A stretch of 64,000 bases of DNA from Eledone cirrhosa. Its lineage: Eukaryota. Of the stretch, positions 52,741 to 64,000 are shown piece after piece. Below the pieces are notes generated by a model. The model was not told the origin of the DNA, did no database searches, and was given only the letters and a program-made list of their open reading frames with translations. Location of the stretch: assembly GCA_964016885.1 (NCBI GenBank), contig OZ024741.1:205220001-205284000 (forward strand), given 5' to 3'. A program made the translations under genes and the position numbers. The stretch's first letter is position 1. Each line of letters opens with the position of its first letter.

Positions 52741-55700
52741 CAATGGGCTGGGTGGGGTAGGAATCATGGTAGCAGAAAAGTGGGCAGATAAGATAATAGA
52801 CGTAAATAGAGTGAACGACAGAATAATTAAAATAAGACTTGTCCTCAATAAAACTACGGTGACAGTAATATCTGCGTACGCACCCCAATCCGGACTGCCC
52901 GGCGCTATAAAAGACAGATTCTATGAGACACTGATGCTCGCTACCTCCCAAATAACCGACAGTGACTATATAATTATTGCAGGTGACCTAAATGGTCACG
53001 TTGGACAACATTGTGACGGCTATGACGGAATCCATGGAGGCTATGGGTTCGGTACTAGAAATGAGGAAGGCTCCAGAATCCTGGAATTCTGTGACGCAAA
53101 TAACCTAACTATCTGTAACACTAACTTAAAAAAACGAGACAATCACTTGATCACCTATAGATCGGGGGAACACACAAGCCAGGTAGATTATATCCTTACC
53201 AGAAGACGGGACAGAGTGTCTGTTGTTAACACTAAATCCCTCCCCCATGAAGAATGCACCTCCCAACATAGACTGATAATTAGCGACCTCATAGTCAGGA
53301 CGAGACGTACTAGACAGCGGAAGAGGACTATCCTCAGGAGAAAAATATGGAAGCTAAAGGACCCCATAGCCAGAAATAAATTTCAAAGCATATTACTTGA
53401 TGCTTTCGACAGTAAGGAAGAGCAATTAGAGTCGTATAATATAGAGGAACAGTGGGAATTCCTGAAAGCAAACCTGCTGACGGCGGCAGACGAAGTCTGT
53501 GGCTGGAGCAGGCCTGTAGGTAGGAGGAGAGTAACATGGTGGTGGAACAGTAAGTGGAGGAGTCAATTAAGGCCAAAAAGCAGGCTTGGAAAGTATGGCG
53601 GGATGCGGGAAGTAGAGAAGACTATCAAGTGGCCAGGAGGGAAGCTAGGAGACAAGTGTACTTCGCAAGAAGGGAAGCAGAGGAAAGAAAGTTCAAGCAT
53701 GTTCTACAACGTGAGGACCAAAAACGTGAGGTGTTCAGGATTGCTAGGCAATGTGTCAAGGAAAACCGTGATACTGTCGGGGAGAAGTGTGTACTTAATG
53801 ATGATGGCATACTTGCCATCACTGACGCTGATAAGAAGGTAGCTTGGAAGTGTCACTACGAAAGGCTTCTAAATGAGGAGAACAAATGGGAGAAAGACAG
53901 CCTCCCCCACATCGACCCAATAGAGGGACCAGCAGTGTTAGTCGACGGTAGTATAATAAGTAAGGCAATCAAAGATATGAAGACGGGTAAGGCAGCTAGG
54001 CCTTCGGAAATAGTTGCTGAGATGCTGAAAGCCTCTGGAACGGTGGGACACACCATGGTCACCCGGATAGTCAACCAAGTCATACAGAATGGGGTTGTTC
54101 CGAAGGACTGGCGTAGCAGCATCATCGTTAACTGTTACAAGGGTAAAGGAGATGCCCTAGATAGGTGTAACTATAGAGGCATTAAATTAATCGACCAGGT
54201 CATGAAGGTCACGGAAAAAGTAATAGCGCAACTAATCAGAGAGAGAATTGATCTAGATGAAATGCAGTTGGGGTTTGTGTCAGGCAAAAGTACCACAGAC
54301 GCTCTTTTCATTGTACGACAACTACAGGAGAAGTACCTAGCTAAAAGTAAACCCCTATACTTAGCTTTTGTTGACTTGGAGAAAGCCTTCGACAGAGTCG
54401 CCCGTTCCATTATCTGGTGGGTTCTTAGAAAACTAGGTGTTGACGAATGGCTTGTGAGAGCTATACAAGCCATGTATAAAGAAACATTCAGCAAGGTTAG
54501 AATTAACAACGAATATAGTGAAGAGTTTAGCGTAAAAGTTGGTGTCCATCAGGGCTCTGTTCTTAGCCCCCTACTATTTATTATTGCCCTTCAGGCTATA
54601 ACAGAGGAGTTCAAGACCGGCTGCCCATGGGAACTCCTATACGCAGATGATCTAACGCTCATAGCTGAATCAATGGCCGAGCTAGAGAAGAAATTCCAAA
54701 CATGGAAGCACGGCCTAGAATCAAAAGGCCTTAAAATTAACCTGGCTAAGACTAAAGTTCTAGTTTGTAGGAAAGAAAATAAGGCGGCGGTCCCTTCCGG
54801 GAAATGGCCATGCTCAGTGTGTAGGAAAGGCTTAGGTAGAAACTCCATTTTATGTCCCCAATGCAAAGTATGGGTGCATAAAAGATGTAGTGGGATCACA
54901 GGTAAGCTAACTAAGAACATAGATTTTACATGTGGCCGGTGCTCTGGTGCAATAAGTAGCAGCAAGTGCCCACAAAATACTAGCTCTTTCAATTGCGCAG
55001 AGGGTTCTATAGAAATAGTGGACAGCTTCCGTTACCTGGGTGACAAAATCAGCAGTGGGGGAGGGTGCTCTGAAAGTACAGTAGCTAGAGTCAGATCTGG
55101 ATGGAAAAAGTTCAGAGAGCTTATACCACTATTAGCCGCTAGAGGGTTCTCTCTAAAAATGAAAGGCAGGTTATACGATGCCTGCATACGAACAGCAATG
55201 CTACATGGCAGTGAGACCTGGGCATTGTGTGCAGAGGATATACGCAGACTAGAGAGGAACGAAGCTTGCATGCTCCGCTGGATGTGCAATAGTAATATAC
55301 GTGAACGGCTAAGCATAAACGAACTAAGGAAAAAATTAGAAATAAGAGGGATCAGATGTTGTTTACTCGAGAGAAGGCTACGTTGGTACGGTCACGTGAT
55401 GCGCATGAAAGACGACAGCTGTATAACAAAGTGCAGGGCAATAAAGATAGACGGTAGCCACGGAGTAGGCAGACCCAGAAAAACCTGGGACGAGCTGATA
55501 AATTCCGACCTTACACGCTTACACCTCTCCAAGACAATGTCACTGGACCGAGACCTTTGGCGGTACTCAGTAATAGAGAAGACCCGCCTTACCTAAATAC
55601 AAAGTAAAAGCCTACTACAGTCAGTAGGCATCTCTATCAAAACACACCCCCGTCCCACCACCTCCACCCCATCCACACCGCCCCTTTCAATGTAAAGTTA

Positions 55701-55988
55701 TGTTGGTGCCACAACATCCAGGCCGAAATAAAATGAGATCGTGTAGGTGTCACGACAAAAAAACACACAGTCCACGCTGTAAATGTGGCCGTGTAGGCAA
55801 CACGGTAAAAACCTCCCAGCCCCACACTGTAAATGTGGTTGGTGTTAGGAAGGGCATCCAGCTGTAGAAAACCTGCCAGACAGTCCTATGCGAGCAAGAC
55901 AACCACTCTTGCCTCAAGTGGGAAAACCCCCTCCAAACCCATGCAAGCGTGGAACACGGACGCTAAACCTGATGATGATGATGATGAT
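52741..55988 (+). mobile_element. Near-complete RTE LINE family 2 (APE, RT and PHD), truncated in the APE N-terminus, one frameshift at ~53552
   Basis: NGLGGVGI, SAYAPQ, GDLNGHVG, QVDYI, SQH and WWWNS motifs. ORFs 52766-53842 and 53554-55596 would join with one added base. YADD, ~390 nt 3'UTR, (GAT)n. Confidence 0.96.
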
Positions 55989-56033
<45 letters not shown>

Positions 56034-56298
56034 TACATACATATATATACACATATACATACATATATATATACATACATATATATATATACATACATAT
56101 ACATATATACACACATATACATATACACATACATATATATACATATACATACATATACATATATATACATATACATACATACATATATATACATATACAT
56201 ACATACATATATATACATATACATCCATATACATACATATATATATATACATACATATATATACATATATACATATACATACATATATATATACATAT
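55989..56298. repeat. (TACA/TA)n microsatellite
   Basis: Direct inspection. Confidence 0.95.
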
Positions 56299-56837
56299 AG
56301 TATTAAGGATACTATTTATGGTTATGCATATACAAAAACCTTTTGTAGTTATATATATTTTTTCAAACCCTAAATAGTGATAGGCAGTAATATATTACTA
56401 CCTTATTACCAGTAAGATAAATAGCTCAATGTAATAACATCAGTTGTTTTACAGAGCAGTTATATATAAGTTATAAGAATCTGTTCAAATCATTTATATG
56501 CTTACAATTGTTTCCTCCAAACCGATGTTTAGATTCTTCGGAGCAATTTATTAATGAATGATCACATACATGACCTCCTTTTCAACCCAAGAGACATACA
56601 GAAGCATATGCATATATTGTTGCTTGGTGGGTTGACATCCATTACAACATTTAGCGTGGCAGTATACATTTAAAGATTACAGTCATATCAAAAGAGGGTA
56701 AAATTAAAAATTAAAGTTAAAATACATGAAATTAATGCGATAGGATAGTCAGAAGCAGTTAGTGTGTGCAATAGTTACACGTGTGGTATTACATGTAACA
56801 CCCTGCCGCACTATAATATTATATAAATAAGACACAC

Positions 56838-57304
56838 GTGGGGCGGTGTAGATGGTGTGGGGGTAGTGGGACGGGGGGTGTATTTTGTTAGAGGTGCCTA
56901 CTGACTGTAGTAGGTTTTACTTTGTATTTAGGTAAGGCAGGTCTTCTCTATTACTGAGTACCGCCAAAGATCTCGGTCCAGTGACATTGTCTTGGAGAGG
57001 TGTAAGTGTGTGAGGTCGGAATTTATCAAGTCGTCCCAGGTTTTTCTGGGTCTGCCTACTCCATGGCTACCGTCTATTTTTATTGCCCTGCACTTTTTTA
57101 TACAGCTGTCGTCTTTCATGCGCATCACGTGACCGTACCAACGTAGCCTTCTCTTGAGTAAACAACATCTGATCCCTCATATTTCTAATTTTTCCCTTAG
57201 ATCGTTAATGCTTTGCCGTTCACGTATATTACTATTACACATCCAGCGGAGCATGCAAGCTTCGTTCCTCTCTAGTCTGCGTATATCCACTGCACACAAT
57301 GCCC
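56838..57304 (-). mobile_element. RTE family 2 fragment lacking both the 5' end and the tail
   Basis: Reverse complement of ~55219-55685 (WALCA...IEKTCLT*). Confidence 0.92.
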
Positions 57305-57368
57305 ATACATATACATATATACACATACATATATACACACATATACATATATATATATACATACATAT

Positions 57369-57779
57369 GGTGGCTGCCAACTCGTTTTCGAGTACGGCCA
57401 CTACTTTATATCCATGTAGGAGAACCCCTACCGATGCGCTGAACGAGTGTGACTTTTTAGTCCACCCAGCGACTTGAAAACTATGGTACAAACACTACAC
57501 TTGTGACAATTATTGACACATAGTGCTGGGCCCATGGTACCATGTGACGACAAGTGCAGAGAAATCTCCAGATATAAAGCAATGCCTGTGCCGTGAAGCT
57601 TTTATAGTGAGCAAAGGCACTGCACAAAGCCAGTCCCACTCTCTTAACCAAGATGATATTTACCAAAAAGAAGAACAAGTCAACATCATTGGATACCATC
57701 AGGGTTGCAGGTGTTATATCAGAGTTTTCCTTCTCCTAGAATTCTGCCTTGACAAAGGCTAAGGGGTCATCTCTCCCGG
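57369..57779 (-). mobile_element. Bipartite non-autonomous RTE (copy 2, 5'-truncated)
   Basis: Near-identical to 51558-51964. Confidence 0.85.
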
Positions 57780-57780
57780 G

Positions 57781-58348
57781 CATACATATATATATATATA
57801 TATACATACATACATATACATACACATACATATACACATACATACATATATATACACATATACATACATACACATACATACATATACACACACATACATA
57901 CATACATACATACATATATACATATACATACATACATATATACACATACATACATACACACATACATACATATACATATACATACATACATATACAAACA
58001 TATATATACATACATACATATATACACATATATATACATACATACACACATACACACATATATACATACATATACATACACATATATATACATACATATA
58101 CATACATACATATACATACATACACATACATACATACACATACATATATATATATACATACATACACACATACATACACATACACATACATACATATATA
58201 CATATACATACATATATACATATACATACACATATATACATACATACATACATATACATACATACACACATACATACATACATACACATACATACATACA
58301 TACATACATACATACATACATACATACATACACATACATACATATACA

Positions 58349-58380
<32 letters not shown>

Positions 58381-59420
58381 CATACACATACATACACATA
58401 TATATACATAGATACATATACATACACACACATATACATAGATATATATATATATAGATACATATACATACATATACATACATACATATACATACATATA
58501 TACACATACATACATACACATACATACATATACATACATACATACATACATATACATACATACATATACATACACACACATACATACACATACATACATA
58601 TATATACATACATATATACATATACATACATACATATATATACACATACATACATATATATATACATACACATACATACATACATACATACATATACATA
58701 CATACATACATATATATATACATACATACACATATACATACATACATACATATACATACATACACATATACATACATACATATACATACATACACACATA
58801 TACATACATACACACATACATACATACACATATACATACACATACATATACATATACATACATACATACATACATACATACATACATACACATATACATA
58901 CATATATACATACATATATATATACATATACATACACATATACATACATATATACATACATATACATACATACACATATACATACACACACATATACATA
59001 CACACACATATATACATACATACACATATACATACATATATACATACATATACATACATATATACACATACACATACATATATATACACACATATACATA
59101 CACATATACATACATACATACACACATACATACATACACATACACATACATATATATATACATACATACACATACATACATATATATATATATACATACA
59201 TACACACATATATATACATACATACATACATACATACATACATACATACATACATACATACACATACATACATACATATATACATACATACATATATATA
59301 TACACATATACATACATATATACATACACATATACATACATATACACACATACATACATATATATATATATACATACATACATACACACATACATACATA
59401 CATACATACATATATACATA
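57781..59420. repeat. 1.6 kb (TACA)n-rich microsatellite
   Basis: Direct inspection. Confidence 0.97.
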
Positions 59421-59650
59421 CGGGTTATATAGCAACCCGCTTGGACCAAAGTATGACTGAACTTGGATTTGCGGACAAAAAGCGCAGCTCCCTAATTCAT
59501 AGTCTACAAATGGCTGCGATAGCTGGCACCTTCAAAATTTGCAAAACATTCTTGCGATTCAAGGGATGACAATTTCTTTTCTTTTACAACCTTGCCACCA
59601 GGAAGGTGGCCGGTCAAAAAATATACTCAAAATTAAGAGAAAGAGAAAAC
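59421..59650 (+). mobile_element. Extreme 3' end of an R4/Dong-like RLE retrotransposon
   Basis: [41 protein letters not shown] (stop 59567-69), a short 3'UTR with hairpin GCCACC-AGGAA-GGTGGC, then directly (ATAC)n. Confidence 0.6.
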
Positions 59651-59824
59651 ATACATACATATATACATACATACATACACACATACATACATACATACAT
59701 ATATACATACATACACACATATATACATACATACATATATATATACATACATACATACATACACATATACATACATACATACATACATATACATATACAT
59801 ACATACATACATATATATATACAT

Positions 59825-60422
59825 GGTGGCTGCCAACTCGTTTTCGAGTACGGCCACTACTTTATATCCATGTAGGAGAACCCCTACCGATGCGCTGAAC
59901 GAATGTGACTTTTTAGTCCAGCCAGCGACTTGAAAACTCTGGTACAAAGACTACACTTGTGACCATTATTGACACATAGTGCAGGGCCCATGGTACCATG
60001 TGATGACAAGTGCAGAGAGATCTCCAGATATAAAGCAATGCCTGTGCTGTGAAGCTTTTATAGTGAGCAAAGGCACTGCACAAAGCCAGTCCCACTCTCT
60101 TAACCAAGATGATATTTACCAAAAAGAAGAACAAGTCAACATCATTGGATACCATCAGGGTTGCAGGTGTTATATCAGAGTTTTCCTTCTCCTAGAATTC
60201 TGCCTTGACAAAGGCTAAGGGGTCATCTCTCCCGGTGATTTTGGATGGCTATTGACTCTTAAGAGCTCCCTTGCCCTTTGACAGGTTTTGTTTTTAGTCC
60301 TGCAGGATGTCCAAAGTCACCCTCCTCACCAAGAAACCTTGGTGGGGTTGCCAGTTTAGTCGCCAACGACCCGACCATGAGACAGGTTGTACTGGGATAC
60401 ATGTTACCAGTAGCACCAACTG
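59825..60422 (-). mobile_element. Bipartite non-autonomous RTE (copy 3)
   Basis: Near-identical to 51558-52151; microsatellite on both sides. Confidence 0.85.
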
Positions 60423-63400
60423 TGTATATATACATATATACACACATATACATACATATATATACATATACATATATATACATATATATACATATATACA
60501 CACATATACATATATATACACACACATATATATATATATATATATACATATATATATACATATACATACATATATACATACATATACATATACATACACA
60601 CATATATATATATATATGAGGTCTGTTTAAAATGTAGGGAGAAAGGGAGAGAGTGTAAGAGAGTAAATATAAAGAGAAAAATCACAGGCTTCATTACAAT
60701 TTCTCTCTAGGAAATTCCCTCACAAGGCATTGGTTAGCCCAAGCCTAGTGTAGAGGAAACTTGTCCATACGATACCAATCAGTGGAAGTGTACCCAAAAG
60801 CACAAGATCCACCCATCCCATGCAATTATGTAAAAATGAACATAAAATGATGGTGATGATATTTATCTAAAATGTTATAGAGAAAACTTATAGGAGAGAA
60901 GTAGATACGGTCAACTAGTAGTATACAATAGAACACCAGAGGTGAATTTGCTTATAGATTTAGAAGGGATTTAGATAAACTAAAAATAAAGGTAATAGAA
61001 AAACCAGGAATTCTTATAAAAATCAGAACTTGCTCATTTAAGAAAAAACCCTGTGTACTGAAAGAAATTGTATAGTCTATAAGTTTCGACCACAGATAAA
61101 CTGTAAAATTAGAAATGATATAACATTAGGTGTATGCCATATATAGGAGAACGGATGCAAGAGTATGAAAAACTTAGTGCTCAACCAACATGCCAAACTA
61201 GAACATGGTGGCTCACAAGAAAATATTAAGAAAAAAGTCATAACTACACAATAAACAGATGCAGTGCTCAGACAGATTAAGGAAGCAACACATAACAGAA
61301 AGTAAACCTATCCTCATTAGAAACATGAGTACAATAACAACAACCACACAACTTAGTGACTGAAGACAAGAAATATTATGACACATAAGAATACAAATGA
61401 GTGCACAGGCATAACCCCACCCTCGATAGAATAATAACTACTTAGTGATGGGTGACAGAGAGAATAAAAAAGTTAAACACACACACACATCAAACTAGAG
61501 GAGAAACAAGACATAAAGAGACACAAACACATGCATGCATGTGCCACAGAAATTTATGAAAATAGCAGCACAAAGACAGACACATGGGCACACATACTAC
61601 ATACACACCACGGAAAGACAAGACAGAGTAAATAGAACAAGATCAAGACAAAGAGTGAACACAGAATAGACATCGAGAAGGCCATAGAATGTGTGACAAA
61701 AGAGCTTTGGCAATTAAATAACGATCTGATTACTAAACTAACTGAGAAATAGATTGGTTCTCAAACAAATTATGAAAACTGAATTAAAACAACTGGTGCA
61801 TGTGTTTTTATTGGCATCATGACCCTCCCAAAGAAAAACAATTATAGGAAAGAGTATTTTGTATACTTTTTTCTTGGAAAATAAAAAGACAAACCCGGCA
61901 CCAAAAAATTTATGCAAAACAACAGAGAGTGAATTCAGTAAGAAAACTATAATATAACCCTCTCTTCCCAATCAGCATGGCATTTAAAAAAAAAAAATCG
62001 GTTAATTTTGCTAGAGCACAAAACGTGTTTTGTCTAAGTAACAAACAGAAGAAAAAAAGATAAGTAAAACACTATTATTTTGAGATGTTTTAAAAGTAAA
62101 AGCAAAGCCTTGGTTGTTTTCTTAGAGAACTATAATTACACAAAGTCTAGCCAAGTACATCTATTAGACAGTACATCTAACAATCTAACAGTTTTTAATG
62201 TTGCAACTAACCTTTTTTAAAGTTAATTGCGACAGAAGAATAAAATTAGTTTGTTTAATTGCAGGGGTGTCTTTTTTATACAAATTAATAAATGTATCCA
62301 CAAGCAATTTATGGAGATAATTTGTAGATGGAGGGGGGGGGGGGGGGGGGGGGGTATAGCTGTGAATTAAAACTTCAGTGAAACAACAGAGAAGGTTGCA
62401 CCAGTTCTTCATCAAAATTAACTTGGCAGCTCAATATAATCAGAAAATTAGATTCTGCAACAATAGCCTACAATGATTCATTTCTATGTCCCAATTAATC
62501 CCATTTCCTTCATTGTTACTGTAACTGCCAGTGTATCTTTATTAAACTATCATCATCATCATCATTGGGTTCACTTTGCCTTTCATCATTCTTAGTCAAT
62601 AAAATAAGTACAAGTTAAAATACTAGATCAATTTAATCAACCATACCACCTCTTGTAATAATCATTATTATTATTTACCAAGAGAAAATAAAATAAAGCA
62701 CCCGTAATACTAGTGGGGTCGATTTAATCGACTTTGCCCTTTTTTTAAAATCAATATCTTCATGCCAAACGTAGAAACAATTATTAACAATAAAATAAAG
62801 ATGAATTACTGAGATGGATGAAATTGGTCACAGCTCTTCACAAAATGTGGCCTTGTGCTTATGCTGGAAATCACTATTATCATTTTACAAATAAGTAAAT
62901 AAATAATTTTTAAACAAGGATTGACTGGATTAATCCTAAAAATAATTATACAGTAATTTTACTGAATTAGGATGAATGAAAGTCAAATATACATTGGTAC
63001 TAATACTAAGCTACCCACACTGTGCCCAAATCCTATAAATAAACAAAATAACAACCATGAATACATACATTTTAAATAGCTAGCAAACTTTTTTCTCCCC
63101 AAAGCATTTCTACAGCGTATCAAGCTTTAAATTTCAACTTCCATTCATCTAACACAAGACTCATTAACCCTTTCTTTACTATATTTATAATATAAGAAAT
63201 CCATTTTGAAAATAATCAAGAATTTGCAGAGATTTAGTAATAACTTTTTCATTATTAAACTCATGTTTGGAGCAAAACTTAAAATTCCTTATATAAAAAT
63301 TATGATGGAATGTTTTTAGATAAATATAAGCACTTTAAAACAAACAGTTTTGTATCATAGAACTAGGGAATTTTAGGCAGTTTTGGTATCAAAATATATA

Positions 63401-63567
63401 CATATACTCAACCATTCAAGGACTAGCAATAAACACCTTCACAAAATTTGAATCATGGATCCTTTATTTTGCTCAGTGTAAATGTTCTAAACATTGCAAC
63501 ACATGCTTTCACTTTTATATCACTCAAACATTTCATCTATTGATGTGCACTCTCTCACACACACACA

Positions 63568-63871
63568 TCTATATATATATATAAAACTGAGGATGTCTGT
63601 GTGTGTGAGTTTGAATCCCTAAAACTCGAGAACCACCCAACCGACTGTTTTCAAACTTTACACATGTAATACTTATGTTTCAGGGAGTGTTCTGAGCAAA
63701 AGAAATTTCCAAATTTTCAATGCCCTAGGGACCGCATTAGGCGATTTAGCGATCTCTCTCTATAATTCTTAGTCTTTCTCTTTGTAGATAGATACATACA
63801 TATAACGTCGCGCCCTTATAATATGTCTGTATGTCTGACTGCCTGCATTATGTCACTTCCCTAAGGATATC

Positions 63872-63945
<74 letters not shown>

Positions 63946-64000
63946 CGCGCGTGCGTCTGTGAGTTTGAATCCCTAAAACTCGAGAAGTACCCAACCGATT
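63568..64000 (+). mobile_element. Non-autonomous Helitron-like element running off the window end
   Basis: A|TCTATATATATATAAAA start, (GTCT/GT)n, and GTTTGAATCCCTAAAACTCGAGAA..CCCAACCGA duplicated at ~63609 and ~63963. Confidence 0.65.

Noticed and set aside
53540-53560. Programmed frameshift between the APE and RT ORFs
   Set aside because: No slippery heptamer; RTE ORF2 is normally continuous, so a 1 nt deletion or sequencing error is simpler
50133-60617. CRISPR-like repeat-spacer array or telomeric array
   Set aside because: The repeats are variable-length microsatellites, the inserts are retroelements, and there are no cas genes or TTAGGG repeats

Overview
AT-rich, repeat-dominated metazoan DNA. 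The repeat repertoire suggests a coleoid cephalopod such as Octopus (inference only). The only host coding sequence I can support is the ATG-containing exon of a WAVE/SCAR (WASF) gene on the minus strand (45578-45296), so most of the window is probably intronic. The rest is transposons: several RTE-clade LINE families, CRE-, R4/Dong- and CR1-like LINE relics, two tRNA-derived SINE families, maT and mariner elements, piggyBac-, Kolobok- and hAT-like MITEs, and a Helitron-like element. The most striking structure is two nests (31.2-34.6 kb and 50.1-60.6 kb) where retroelements alternate with strand-polarised (TACA/TA)n tracts up to 1.6 kb long. These nests contain RTE LINEs with a PHD finger inserted inside the RT domain, a triplicated ~600 bp bipartite non-autonomous RTE ending in (ATGT)n, and an R4/Dong-like 3' end. 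A pseudoknot-like RTE 5'UTR module is reused in LINE 3'UTRs and in the SINE body. All alignments were done by eye; no searches were run.
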